Below the pieces are notes generated by a model. The model ran no database searches. It was given only the letters and a program-made list of their open reading frames with translations, and was not told where the DNA came from. Made by a program: the position numbers and the translations under genes. Below are positions 35,401-45,163 of a stretch of 64,000 nt of DNA, piece by piece; within the stretch, counting starts at the first letter, position 1, and every line of letters starts with the position of its first letter. The stretch spans positions 1-64,000 of IMG/VR virus record IMGVR_UViG_3300033067_001382. The stretch is one strand, 5' to 3'. The stretch is from a virus. Lineage: Duplodnaviria > Caudoviricetes.

Positions 35401-37821
35401 AAAGACGTGAGGGTAGGTAACGTCGATCGAGCGAGTCCAAAAAAGTGGAAGTCCCGTCGGAAAGTTGCCAGAGGAAGTATCATTGACCGAAAGCGTTCCG
35501 GACGTGACCGAATAGGTTCCATTGCCTACGCGAGTCCACGCCGGAAAACTCGACTCTGGAAGTGTGTCAGCATTGTATTGTACTGAGATCGTCTCGATGG
35601 GGCGCGAAAGTGGTGCGTCAGCAATTCGGTGAATGGGGCTATTGAGTCGCAGTAAATTGGGATCGTTGAGAACTGCCGTGTACTTTCTCTCAAAAGCTCG
35701 GTAGAAGAGCTGGCGCTCCAGAGGCTGTGCCAATACCGATTGACAATCGTCGGCCACATAGCCACTAGGCTTGACCAGAACATTGTTGTAGCGGTAGTTG
35801 TGTTGGTTCGGGTTCGGAATCTGCCTATTGTCACGGTTCCAGTTATTAAGCACAAACTCCCGCGAATTCAAGCGACGGATATCAATGGTCGGGTTCGACA
35901 CCCAGTGGTAATCCACCTTGACATCGTCATCTTCTTCCGGGGCAGCGGCAAGCACAATCTGCCCCATAAGTCCAATGACCGCCACCGGCTCAACCGGAAC
36001 ACCGTTGACACGAACTGTAACATCACTCGGGTCGTCGGCAATCTGGCCATTACGCGGATCAATGACCGACCAGTTTAGGTTGGTAGCCGTCTGAAGAGAC
36101 CCTTGCACGCGAAGACTGGTTGACGTGAGAAGCGCGACAATTCGGTACGATTCCCCCGCTAGATTGAGGTACTTACCAACCACATCGGATGAGAAGTTTG
36201 CACTTGAACAAATCACATCAGTAGGGTTGATTACCGTGCCATCCACACCACTAGATAGGGTGAGCGGAGGCTTGGAAATGGGACCTCGATCAGTAAAGAT
36301 CGACCGCTGCGTCAGCGGAGTGCTGCTGATGAAAATTGCTTCGTTGAAGAAGGGGTTGGTTACCTGCCAATCCAACCCAATCTCAATATTTAGAGTGCCT
36401 TCAACTTGCAGAGTATCAGCAGTAGGTCGATCAACAATCAGGTATTGGTTGGAGTTCGTTCCTGACAGCGTCAGATACCGCCCAACCACCGCAGAGGCAA
36501 CAAAGGACTCCGAAGGAATCTGAACTGTCGTGCTGGTAAGCACATTAGCTGTTCCGATTCCACTATCAATAACTTCCGTGATAGGGTTACCGGCAACATC
36601 CTTGGGGGTCCCTTTCGTGTTGACGATGATTTTGAATGAACCTTTCGTCAGCCCGCGAGTTCGAAGCATGACCTGCGTTGGGCCAACCGAATCGACACTC
36701 ATGACCTCAACCGGAGTTGGGCCTTCCACACGGTACTCAGAAACGCTTGTCAATTCGGAGTCCGGACGCATCGGCTCCGAATAAGTCAGCAAAATCTGAC
36801 CTTCAGGGAGACACTCAACATTGACAAGACGAGGCTTCGCTGCTTTGGCAACGAAGCAAGTGCTGAAATCCTGATGAATCCTGAGTGTCCGCGTGTTGCG
36901 AATACGCTTGCAAGTCAACCGATAGAGGGCCCCGTTAGTGCCCTTCGACGTTGTCAAGACAACTTTACTAACTCCGGTCGTTTGCCTCCACGAAGAAATT
37001 TCATCCGAGGGGCTCAGCGAACGATCGACTCGAACCCGAGTAGGAGAAACAACCTCTTCGATTCGAACACGGGTTGTCCCTGAGCCTTTTACCTCCAAAT
37101 GAAGGAAGGAGCCAAGATCCGGTGCCGAGAAGTTCTTGTCAAGAACAATCTCATGCACTCCAGCTACCTGGCAAAGTTTACCATCGCGCAGCTCGTCAAC
37201 TATCGGAGCAGCCGAAAGAACGTCGATGGGATAGCCCTTACCCTCTGACACAATGACGTAGTTACTGGCATCCGAAAGGCCACCAAAAGTACAATCAAAA
37301 GGCAAAGTCAAGGAGAGGGTGGTCGGGGAGATAGCCTCGCAACCAAAGGTCGTGAGTTCAACAGTCTCCCCCACACGAAGACTCTCAACCGGGATATCCG
37401 GCCGCTGCGTCGTAGTTGACTCAATAGAGTCAACTACGTGGAGTCGCGGTGTTTCGGCGGGGTCACCTGGGGCTGATTCTTCCAGGTACTCTGATAGAGT
37501 AAGGAGAACTTGGAAGTGAAGATGTGACTCGTAGTCAAGCCGCTCAGAAAGATTAAGAGATTCGTCCCAGTCAACTTTGACGATTCGAGTAGCTTCGACA
37601 CCATCCTCTACAAAAAGGTCGTAAGAGTGCGTCGACGCCTGGTGGCGCGAAAAACGCGGCTGTTCGGTGAGGCGCAAAGTCTCACCGAACACGACCGGCA
37701 TAACCAGACGATCTACTTGAAGTGACTCAGATACCTTTAAACGAGAGTCAAATACATCGACCTCGATGAGATATACCTGTGGGCGTACTTCCCTGCCCGG
37801 GGGCCTGATAGGATTGCTCAA
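32422..37821 (-). CDS. Very large multidomain virion protein with Ig-like and repeated ConA/LamG-like beta-sandwich modules
   Basis: 1799 aa; four H.YRL..D..G.V.LFVD repeats, each preceded by a Y.(G/A)..LPE motif. Confidence 0.75.
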   Translation of the reverse strand: MSNPIRPPGREVRPQVYLIEVDVFDSRLKVSESLQVDRLVMPVVFGETLRLTEQPRFSRHQASTHSYDLFVEDGVEATRIVKVDWDESLNLSERLDYESHLHFQVLLTLSEYLEESAPGDPAETPRLHVVDSIESTTTQRPDIPVESLRVGETVELTTFGCEAISPTTLSLTLPFDCTFGGLSDASNYVIVSEGKGYPIDVLSAAPIVDELRDGKLCQVAGVHEIVLDKNFSAPDLGSFLHLEVKGSGTTRVRIEEVVSPTRVRVDRSLSPSDEISSWRQTTGVSKVVLTTSKGTNGALYRLTCKRIRNTRTLRIHQDFSTCFVAKAAKPRLVNVECLPEGQILLTYSEPMRPDSELTSVSEYRVEGPTPVEVMSVDSVGPTQVMLRTRGLTKGSFKIIVNTKGTPKDVAGNPITEVIDSGIGTANVLTSTTVQIPSESFVASAVVGRYLTLSGTNSNQYLIVDRPTADTLQVEGTLNIEIGLDWQVTNPFFNEAIFISSTPLTQRSIFTDRGPISKPPLTLSSGVDGTVINPTDVICSSANFSSDVVGKYLNLAGESYRIVALLTSTSLRVQGSLQTATNLNWSVIDPRNGQIADDPSDVTVRVNGVPVEPVAVIGLMGQIVLAAAPEEDDDVKVDYHWVSNPTIDIRRLNSREFVLNNWNRDNRQIPNPNQHNYRYNNVLVKPSGYVADDCQSVLAQPLERQLFYRAFERKYTAVLNDPNLLRLNSPIHRIADAPLSRPIETISVQYNADTLPESSFPAWTRVGNGTYSVTSGTLSVNDTSSGNFPTGLPLFWTRSIDVTYPHVFAATWRMSLTDTPVLNGVFSGVAAGWSDDEKAVVVGYLKDGSTYKIGFLRQGYGDNPAPMAAWTGAINESNEPTGLPQDFDVTIPHSYRLFQDRDGIVKLFVDGGVIEILRITKDELPFLYELNDPFDQIQGAYFGSLSREATSSSDWDFYRYLILPTNPIQSAPAVFVSYEGNTLPERDFNPWTPVGYHGTETISGGDVLVLDSTSATDAMTSALVGLVDGDFRGLVRFEPLLTAAADAAVDWKMQLRTWTQGIAPNAMTLAMDDGKKLIQVSMLAKNPSPKFSYGGRVLPENATPVGWERNTITTLPGITTSMLGRALHIEDTIVSDGVVYHVNDFEAGVTPDRVIETTLDYILEFRVKVNSFTATDTGLNGSCFAGVTADIFDGVKTLGLLFREDPLLGTTLAFHSDGVILGMPSNPVQFQFAWDDGLFHTYRLVKNTLGDLVTLFVDTLFIGSVAYSAFVTSAGNPTVSFGTATPDGSSLGALSDTEWAYVNAWRVADVSVQKYLGVWRGHDPDSLLGYHLPTKLRDRTGMVLDSTTLTDAGGSFVINDVDAGDVIIVDGGVNRGVYDVAARVNATTLTLTTPFPVPAVPVLYRVPREVDWTQFHNYRLVRDRSGNIKLSVDSQVLIDLEYDSDLPSNSVGLWRQLTNGVPSIVFGAFDPTNLSQSGWDFVRYGITRSLSEQRIVPHHMVLNQRNIMASPDHLFTSVAHRHTNFWSSSTGIPLKELYDDANHKAFTKLNEGTPLVPQTQTSEVRKPTPIFESLSGLNRPEDVLNSDSDFVLNDAKTRVRLLVPNDVLYNSLEVTERSEGETDLLYPMDDSLGPVGLGSISFKKDVCLHYDGATFPELDSNAPTPWSLNSVSPSDVQVTSFGGVLTYSTTGSTTTIYRNPTSLPSATSLPTEVKFTFKVLTDSSGGTGDTGVRVGFSAFGMTAALAFLTDPYGDRVVRLLDMQSGDTLAEVLFDFLDNLPHQYRLVRDPTAGTVSFFVDG

Positions 37822-37837
37822 GGCCCGACCTCAACCA

Positions 37838-38323
37838 TCATTCGCCAAGCGTAATGGTGAACTTGACTCGCAGGGTATCATTCGTGCGAAGCACACGGAT
37901 CCCTGGAAAAAGTACTTCATGAGCCATCCGGCCGCCGGTAGAGGTATCAAAAAGGGCCGCCTTACGCACCGTTTGTTCAGCTCCCGTGAACGTGAAGGTA
38001 TTCTCGACCACCGTGACATTGCTACCCGGAGAAGCGATCAATACCGTTCCCTGAGCCCGTGCTAGGCCATGCTGAGTCAGCTCAGCGCCCAAAGCAGTGT
38101 CGGCGGCATCTGGTGGGTTAGCGTCGTTGCTGAGTGCGACCCAATTGAAGCCAGTACCCAAAACCTCGCGCTGAGCCGGGGTCGCATAAGCATACTTGTG
38201 TATCGTCGCCAAACCTACGTTGGTGACAATGTTCCCAACCTCTTCGACTCCGAGGATCTCTCCGTCGCGGAGATGGGTAAAGGTTACCTTCGCTTGCGGG
38301 CCGTTCTTGATGGTCTGATTCAT
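37838..38323 (-). CDS. Fibre-attachment-like small structural protein (same fold family as 30511-31215)
   Basis: NIVTNVGL...VALSND...DTALGAEL...KAALFDTSTGGRM...NDTLRVKFTITL. Confidence 0.7.
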   Translation of the reverse strand: MNQTIKNGPQAKVTFTHLRDGEILGVEEVGNIVTNVGLATIHKYAYATPAQREVLGTGFNWVALSNDANPPDAADTALGAELTQHGLARAQGTVLIASPGSNVTVVENTFTFTGAEQTVRKAALFDTSTGGRMAHEVLFPGIRVLRTNDTLRVKFTITLGE

Positions 38324-38351
38324 TTTGTCTAAGCTCTCCTAAGAGAAACCG

Positions 38352-39173
38352 TTAGAAGTCTTCGGAATGGTCTTCATTCGAGATTGACTGGTTCACTTTG
38401 ACGCCAAGCCGATCCCGGTCTTGGACTCCCGCCCAGTAGGAGCGAAAGTCTTCGTAGTAGTATTGGGACATCTTCCAGCTCATCGCATCGACAATCCCCC
38501 CCGCGCCGTCGATATTGGGGTCCGGTTTATAAACGTCGTTGAAAATGTACCTTATCCGAAAAAGAGTGTGGGCTGGTCGGATGATGTTGAGGATCAAGCG
38601 AAGATTCGCATCAAGGGCAAAGACGTCAGGCGGAAAGGCCTCACCCGACTGAATGTCAATTTGAAATCCGAACTGATCCGAGATATCTACACCGCCGGCC
38701 CGGTTCCTCAAGAGCAGAAAGTTCTCCAGAATCCTAACATTTTCCGAAGTGAAGAGGTTGACTCCATCTCGAATTGAGGTCGGGATTGACCCCTGGAAGT
38801 ATATTTTGATAACTGAGAGGAGAAATCGACGGAACTCTACATCGTCAAATTGTGTCGCTGGAATCCGCCCGTTAAGGAAGACCAGATAGCCAACAATTGA
38901 GTATAGAAACTCCGAGCGGGTAGTGGCGAAGGATCGATCCATGTCGACGTCCTCCATAGCCAATTCAAGTCGGGAAAGCTCGACCGCTACCGCTTTGAGT
39001 TCATTGGTGTAATTGGGACCCTGAACCGCCGAGATATATCCTGACGGAAGAAGATTGAGTAGGTTGGTCAGAATAGATTGGGCGCGCTGGAGCAGCCGCT
39101 TGTTGAACTCCTTACCGACCTGTTGTGTCGTATGATTAATCCTTGTCGGATCGTCCTCAAACCGATTGGTCAT
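38352..39173 (-). CDS. Baseplate wedge protein (P2 gpI / T4 gp7-like)
   Basis: DDVEFRRFLLSVIKIYFQGS...IRDGVNLF...IIRPAHT; directly follows the J-like gene. Confidence 0.78.
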   Translation of the reverse strand: MTNRFEDDPTRINHTTQQVGKEFNKRLLQRAQSILTNLLNLLPSGYISAVQGPNYTNELKAVAVELSRLELAMEDVDMDRSFATTRSEFLYSIVGYLVFLNGRIPATQFDDVEFRRFLLSVIKIYFQGSIPTSIRDGVNLFTSENVRILENFLLLRNRAGGVDISDQFGFQIDIQSGEAFPPDVFALDANLRLILNIIRPAHTLFRIRYIFNDVYKPDPNIDGAGGIVDAMSWKMSQYYYEDFRSYWAGVQDRDRLGVKVNQSISNEDHSEDF

Positions 39174-39176
39174 GGG

Positions 39177-42100
39177 TCACCCCACCGGAGCTTCACGATA
39201 TGTGATCGTAAAGTTGCCAAGGTCAAGGAACTCCACCCCACTTGCGGTCATATCTTTGGCACCGGAATCTCCTCGAATGACATAACTGACTGCATACTTA
39301 TGATTGGTCGGCACATCCGGATTACCGCCTCCAGGAAGGCTAAGTACAACACGATTGGCGCTACGCCGAAGGTACTCCGCCAGTTGAGACTCACCTGTCG
39401 TGAACCCATCAGCCACCAGGGTCGGAGTATCCGTGTAGCCGGAGATGGTCGCTCCCGTGCGTCCAATAACGTAAGCTCGATAGGGACCAATGCAGACCGA
39501 AGACAAGTCGTCAGAAAGAGTCATAGACTCATCATTCTGGAAGACCCCACGGTGCTCCGTCTTGAATCCACCCCCATCAGTAGTAGGAAACTGGAGGGGA
39601 TTTTTCAAGATGTATGCCAAGTTACCACCAAGGCTAAGACTCGGCAGAGACGAGTAGGTCGAGAGTACGGTCTCCCGAAGTTTCCGTGAACCATCCGCGT
39701 AGGCCATTCGGGCAAAGGGAACAACCGGGTAATCAACTCCCTTGGTGGCGTCGATGGCGTGGATAATGTCGCCTTGGGCAGTGTCTTCACCGATAAGCTT
39801 CTTGTCCAGCTCTTGCGAGACCGACGAACGAATCAAGGGATCAACTCGATCCTTGCTGGCTCCTCGGGCGAGTTGCACCGTGGTTTCCAACTCAACGCTG
39901 TTCTGGACTGCCTGCTTGACAAGCACATCCGCAGTCGCGTGACGTTGGATATTTAGGGTCCTTTGTAACTCTTGCAGAATGTCATTTATGACATAGGTGA
40001 CCGTAAAATTCTCGTCCTTGACATAGTCAACCGAAACTGTTGCGCCGCTATTGATTGCTGACGAAGCCGTACGGACTATCTTGACCGGAGTGGTTGCAGT
40101 GCCCTCGACGATCTCGAAGTCAGGCGAGAGGGTGCCCGGTCCATCATATTCCGTGAGACGGTCTGCACTAAATACGCGTAGAGTCTGCTTGTCGACTCCA
40201 ATGAAGAGCAGAGGCTCTTCGACGAAGCCAATCAGAACGTGAACTTCATCACTGACCGGAATAGTATTCCCCGTCGGAATATTGTTAAACTGATTGATAC
40301 TCAAGTAGTCGGATGCAATCGTCGACTCACCATTCAGCAACGGGTCGTCGGGCTTGAAAAGGTCATACCCCTCAACCGAATCCAACGGGCCAGAGACTTC
40401 ACCGACCACCGAGACCACACGACGCACGGGCTGGAAGGAAAAGAAGAACTTGTTGGCCACTCGGAAGCGGTAGTCCGCCGCAACGATGTCATCGATAAGC
40501 GTAACCGGCTGTCCTGAGGTGACCAACTTAAAGGTCTGGTAGTCCAAAAAGGTGACACCCGTGACATTGTATTCCTCACCTGTCGTGTTGTTCTGAAGTG
40601 CCAACAGACCAATGATGGGGCTCGTGGGTGTAACCCGACTATCTTGAACTCGAAAGATCAGATTAGGGAGATCTACGATCGATACAACCACGTTCTCCGC
40701 AGAGGCGAACGTGAATGCGAATTTCTCCGAGATCTGACGCTCCCGGAGACCTTGTACCCAGACATCCACCTTACCACCGATATGCTTGTGACGAAGGTCA
40801 TCGTAGTCTCGCATCATCAAAGAGTCGCCGCTCTTAACGATTTTGCTTTTGAGAACGCCAATCTGATTGACTGTCGTGCGCGCGTAACCACCCTCGGTAC
40901 CGGTATCAACGGACTGCAAAGACAACATTGCGCGAGTAGCAAGGTCCCCGTTGCTCTCACGATCAGTACCGAAAACCGTAGCCTCTAGGTTAATGACACT
41001 CAGACCGGCAACACTCGGAGAAGACTTAATCTGCCCGGCTGGACGATTGCCGTCTTCTCCAATCGTTTCCGCTACCACGTCGACCGTGATCTCGTAGCGC
41101 TTACGGTCGAAGTTGAAGTATGCATCAGCATTCGCGGCCGTCATCACGAATGTACCACCAACTCGGAAACGAACCGCCGGAACCCCCAAATCAGAGTCAG
41201 CTTCACTAGAAACATAGGATCCAGCAGGGATCGCGATATCAAACTGAGGTCGACTTGTGGTGTAGAAAACCACTTGACCTAAGGCCGGACGTCCGGGAAG
41301 TCGAGTAGTAGTCAAGTTACCAGCAAGCTTGTCGAACTGCTGGTCGATCAAAGCCTGAACAGCAATGTCTTGTGACATACCTAAAGCAGCTTTGATGGCT
41401 TGCTTGTAAGCGCTACTGGCCACGGGATCCGAGATCCCGTCCCCGTTGGCATCGTCGATCTGGAGAAGCGTCAAGAAACTCTGACTTCGGTGGACGAAGT
41501 CAAGAATAAACCAAAGTCTCTCAGCTTCACTGCTGAACGGGTCGATCGTGACATCCCGAGTTGTCGAACCTGGAAGTAGGCTAATTTCCGCATTAGCTCG
41601 CTGAATCGCCAACACGAAGTCAACCAAGATATTCTTCTGTTTGCGGGTCGGCAAGTCACGAATAGCCGTATCGATGACCAGCGGCTGACCAACTACTTCT
41701 TGAGAGTAGGAGGATTCGATTTCGGTTGCCGACTCCACATCGTAGTAAACTGCCGTAACAACATAGTAGAGGGGATCGGCGTCGATGACATTGGCGAACT
41801 GGTCAGAGTTGATGATACCTGTTCCACCTCCACGACGATGCGTAAACGCAAGGTACTCCGTCAGGGCCACGTCATCAACAGTGCTCTTGAAGCGCAGATT
41901 ATTACTCAACGCGCTGACGTCATATTTTTGATCAAGTCGAGTGGCGATTTTTTGGCCAAAACTATCTTCCTCGGTAACCTGAACTCGAACAAAGGCTTGA
42001 TTGGTATTCGACCAAGTGGTTGACTCAGTGGCCAGGTTCTCGACAGTCTCATCGAAGTTGGCTGAGGTCTGTGTGATGATACTCTCGTTGACTTTGAAAT

Positions 42101-42605
42101 AACCTGTCGTCCCACCTCCGGCTGCGGTGGCGGCATAGACATTGATACCCACGAACTCGCCCGGAACGGCTTCCCGTTGAGCGAAGGAGACCGACGGGAG
42201 AGGGTTGGCAGCAAGAATCTGAACGGAGTCCCGCTGCCGACGAAGCTTGATGCCAGTTGGAATCTGGAAAGGGTTAGCTTCAGCCGGAACTCGGGTGATA
42301 GTTGCCGACGCAGGTGCACTCACGCTACCAACAATATCTATAGTCCGGATCAGAAATGTGTTGACACCAGGCTCTAGTGGAATGCCGGTCGGGTAGTTGG
42401 TAAGATTCGGAACCGTGAAGTTGGGTAGGTCGAACTTGACTAAAGACGGGTCTGATAGGAAGGGAGATCCATTTTGCGAGATTTGCACGTCAACCGTATT
42501 GACGTCAGCCATCCCGACCAAAACGATGCTGTCTCGATTGGTGCTCAACACGAGAGCCTGAGTTCCCGTGCCGTCTCTCAGTTTAAGTTGAGGTGCCGTT
42601 GCCAT
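39177..42605 (-). CDS. Baseplate J-like wedge protein (T4 gp6-like), extended
   Basis: GQVVFYT...IPAGSYV...ITVDVVAETIGEDGN.PAGQI...INLEATVFGTDRESNGDLATRA...GGKVDVWV. Confidence 0.88.
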   Translation of the reverse strand: MATAPQLKLRDGTGTQALVLSTNRDSIVLVGMADVNTVDVQISQNGSPFLSDPSLVKFDLPNFTVPNLTNYPTGIPLEPGVNTFLIRTIDIVGSVSAPASATITRVPAEANPFQIPTGIKLRRQRDSVQILAANPLPSVSFAQREAVPGEFVGINVYAATAAGGGTTGYFKVNESIITQTSANFDETVENLATESTTWSNTNQAFVRVQVTEEDSFGQKIATRLDQKYDVSALSNNLRFKSTVDDVALTEYLAFTHRRGGGTGIINSDQFANVIDADPLYYVVTAVYYDVESATEIESSYSQEVVGQPLVIDTAIRDLPTRKQKNILVDFVLAIQRANAEISLLPGSTTRDVTIDPFSSEAERLWFILDFVHRSQSFLTLLQIDDANGDGISDPVASSAYKQAIKAALGMSQDIAVQALIDQQFDKLAGNLTTTRLPGRPALGQVVFYTTSRPQFDIAIPAGSYVSSEADSDLGVPAVRFRVGGTFVMTAANADAYFNFDRKRYEITVDVVAETIGEDGNRPAGQIKSSPSVAGLSVINLEATVFGTDRESNGDLATRAMLSLQSVDTGTEGGYARTTVNQIGVLKSKIVKSGDSLMMRDYDDLRHKHIGGKVDVWVQGLRERQISEKFAFTFASAENVVVSIVDLPNLIFRVQDSRVTPTSPIIGLLALQNNTTGEEYNVTGVTFLDYQTFKLVTSGQPVTLIDDIVAADYRFRVANKFFFSFQPVRRVVSVVGEVSGPLDSVEGYDLFKPDDPLLNGESTIASDYLSINQFNNIPTGNTIPVSDEVHVLIGFVEEPLLFIGVDKQTLRVFSADRLTEYDGPGTLSPDFEIVEGTATTPVKIVRTASSAINSGATVSVDYVKDENFTVTYVINDILQELQRTLNIQRHATADVLVKQAVQNSVELETTVQLARGASKDRVDPLIRSSVSQELDKKLIGEDTAQGDIIHAIDATKGVDYPVVPFARMAYADGSRKLRETVLSTYSSLPSLSLGGNLAYILKNPLQFPTTDGGGFKTEHRGVFQNDESMTLSDDLSSVCIGPYRAYVIGRTGATISGYTDTPTLVADGFTTGESQLAEYLRRSANRVVLSLPGGGNPDVPTNHKYAVSYVIRGDSGAKDMTASGVEFLDLGNFTITYREAPVG

Positions 42606-42606
42606 C

Positions 42607-43764
42607 TTATTCCGTCAGGTTGAAGTTACGCAGACTCTGTCGATATGCTCCGTCGGAGGCGGTTGTCGCATTGAGAAGGTCTAGCGGCTGAGGAAGCCGG
42701 AGACCACGATCAATCTGAACCTGTTTCCCGGATCGGTTCTGTAGAGTGATATTGACAAATACAACCGTGGGGTCCTTACTGCTTTGCTCGACCGTGACCC
42801 CGAGAATCCGAGAAGGGAACTCCTCATCGCTCACAAACTGCCCAACTTGAGTCTCTTGAGCCACCTTGATTGATTGCCAACGCTGAAAAGCGGTGTAGAT
42901 GTCCTGAGTGATAAGATTCTGTACCATCCCGCCAGGAATCATCTTCTTCCCAATCTGCTCCAGCAACTGACTGCCATACCAGGGATGGAACGGATTTGAC
43001 CCGGCGACCGTGTAGATGCTCTTCTTGACTTCCTGGATGAGCAATGCCTCATCTCGAACTTCCCCGGTCGTTCCGTTGGCAGCATAACGCCAATCCTGCT
43101 CGACTCCTGTACCCCCACATCGACGACACTCCTGACGAACCGTAACGTAGTCCAGCTCGACAAAGTCATTGTAGCCCTTGAGAGGCTCATCAAAGACTAC
43201 TAACCGAAGGGGGCGATCCGTCAGACTGTCTAGGGTGTTGACTAGCGACCAACCAGGAAGAGCGCGGCGGCCTCGATATTCTCGACCAGTTGCAATGCCA
43301 ACCAGTCCACCCAATGTCGAATTTGAATCAACGAAAACCGTGGCTCCTTCTCCGGCTTCGTTGGTTCGGAATCCGAGACGGTTGTGCTTCTCGTAAAAGG
43401 TTATTCCCCGGAATCCTCGATTGAGCAGATCCGCCATTTGGGCGGCTGTCATCTTGCTACTGGAAGGAAGTTGCACCGTTTGAGGCGAACCAGAATTGAC
43501 TCGGAGTCTCAAGAGGTTATTCCCCGCGGAACCTGAAGTCGGAAGACGCACTTGAAAGGGTCCTTGCTTAGTTCCCTCAGATTGACCCGGAGATTCCACC
43601 CCAAAGGAAGGAACTTCGATGCTTCCATTCAATCGCATCACCACTGAGTCGGTGGAGGAAATTGGGCGAACCGGGCGGATAGTTTGCTGGTCAGAGTTGA
43701 GGAAGAGCAACTCCTCTCGCACCAGGTGGGGGCAAATCTGGTCAATGTGGCGATCAAAACTCAT
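42607..43764 (-). CDS. gp25/GpW-like sheath-initiating baseplate protein with N-terminal extension
   Basis: C-terminal LLIQEVKKSIYTVAGSNPFHPWYGSQL..IG...VTVEQ..DPTVVFVNITL. Confidence 0.8.
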   Translation of the reverse strand: MSFDRHIDQICPHLVREELLFLNSDQQTIRPVRPISSTDSVVMRLNGSIEVPSFGVESPGQSEGTKQGPFQVRLPTSGSAGNNLLRLRVNSGSPQTVQLPSSSKMTAAQMADLLNRGFRGITFYEKHNRLGFRTNEAGEGATVFVDSNSTLGGLVGIATGREYRGRRALPGWSLVNTLDSLTDRPLRLVVFDEPLKGYNDFVELDYVTVRQECRRCGGTGVEQDWRYAANGTTGEVRDEALLIQEVKKSIYTVAGSNPFHPWYGSQLLEQIGKKMIPGGMVQNLITQDIYTAFQRWQSIKVAQETQVGQFVSDEEFPSRILGVTVEQSSKDPTVVFVNITLQNRSGKQVQIDRGLRLPQPLDLLNATTASDGAYRQSLRNFNLTE

Positions 43765-44510
43765 GTAGAACCTTTTTCCCCAGGCAAAACCACACCATTG
43801 GCTCCACGTTCCGGACCATTCGAGGGCGGACGATCGCTTCCAGGCTCATAGATAGCAAATGGCGAGTAGGTCAACTTGCCGTGAATATCTTTGCCGCCAT
43901 CATCGTAGACAGCTCGATAACCCTTGTCGGTAAAGAGCGCCTCTACTTCCGAAATCAGCTTCTCCAAAGATCCCTTACGTTCTGCTGAAGATCGAATCTT
44001 CTCCAGAACAGCCATCTCCGCCGCGAGCTGGTCCCCGTAGTCGATTACCCTTCGAATTTTTCGTTCAAGGACTTCTCGGCGACGCGTGATGGCATCATCA
44101 GCAAAGTCACGCATCTGACTTACCAAGTTGGCTGTCACCGCGTCCCCGAGACCCTTTTGGCCAAGTGGTTCACCGTTGGACATCCGATTCGCAGCCGCGC
44201 TTTCGTCGCCACGAAGCAGGTAGACCGGATCTGTGACTAGTCGGATTTGCAAGTCATGGATTGGGTCACCTCCTAGAACCTTGTAAGCCGCAAGAAGCTG
44301 CCCAAGGTACGAGGTGTCCGAGTCAGGAACCGCATTCCCTGTGGGGTTGCCTGAGCCCGGCAAAAAACGCATCACTAACGAACCCACTCGGATGCGCTCG
44401 GCAGCCAAATGGGTCAACCTTGCGTCAATCAAAGGGATCTGAGAGCGCAGGTAAGTCGCAAGCCGGATAAACTGCGAGCGGTTAAATGTGCCTTTGAAGC
44501 TAAACGCCAC
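43761..44510 (-). CDS. Hypothetical helical virion/baseplate protein (249 aa)
   Basis: Start placed at GTG 44510 after GGAGCCGAAG (MAFSFKGTFNRSQF...). The longer track ORF runs into the endonuclease gene. Confidence 0.7.
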   Translation of the reverse strand: MAFSFKGTFNRSQFIRLATYLRSQIPLIDARLTHLAAERIRVGSLVMRFLPGSGNPTGNAVPDSDTSYLGQLLAAYKVLGGDPIHDLQIRLVTDPVYLLRGDESAAANRMSNGEPLGQKGLGDAVTANLVSQMRDFADDAITRRREVLERKIRRVIDYGDQLAAEMAVLEKIRSSAERKGSLEKLISEVEALFTDKGYRAVYDDGGKDIHGKLTYSPFAIYEPGSDRPPSNGPERGANGVVLPGEKGST

Positions 44511-45141
44511 CTTCGGCTCCGTGCTTTTCGAGATATGCTTGCAGCTTTTCCCGATGCTTTTCAAAGACACCGAGGTGCATGTTACACAGCCTACAAAGAA
44601 GTTCTCTAGGCTTGCCTGTAGTGTGACAGTGATCCGCGCACACTGAATCCTTCGTTCTTCCGGATCTGAGCATTGGCACCAAGCATATGGCACATTGACC
44701 AGACTGCTTCAACCACGCTGATTCAAACTCTTCTGGGGACCATCCCGTCGCCCGCTGGCGATTGTATGCTCGAATCTCGTCAGGCTTCTCGGCCTGCCTT
44801 CTGGCAGCCGATGCCTTTACCCTTTCACGAAATTCAGGATCACAATCATACCGATCTCGAAACTTCAAGGATGCGCACCTCTTACACTCCGAGGAACGTT
44901 GACCCCTCCGAGGGAAGTCTTCTCGGTCCTTTTCTTCGTTACATGAGCTACACACCTTCGTCAGAGAGGCGGGGTTAGGAGTTTTACCCGGACCTCTCCT
45001 CTTAACCCCCATTCGTATAAGCATGTTTCGAATCGTACCAAATGAGCACTCATACTGGTTCGATAGACGTTCCAGACTCCAACCTTGAACGTAAAGGAAA
45101 GAGATCTCGTTTTCTGGTAAAAACTTCTTAGGTGCCATCAT
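44500..45141 (-). mobile_element. Free-standing endonuclease VII-like (His-Me finger) homing endonuclease with N-terminal HTH
   Basis: CSSCNEEK..EDF...CKRC; QSGQCAIC...DHCHTTGKPRELLCRLCNMHLG (EndoVII signature); GWSLERLS..Y.CS.GTIRNML helix-turn-helix; interrupts a structural operon. Confidence 0.88.
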
Positions 45142-45163
45142 CAGTCAAGCACCAATAAGTAGT

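Noticed and set aside
44511-44693. N-terminal extension of the 310-aa track ORF (MPYAWCQC...)
   Set aside because: It lies inside the endonuclease gene in another frame; the GTG at 44510 has a clear SD.
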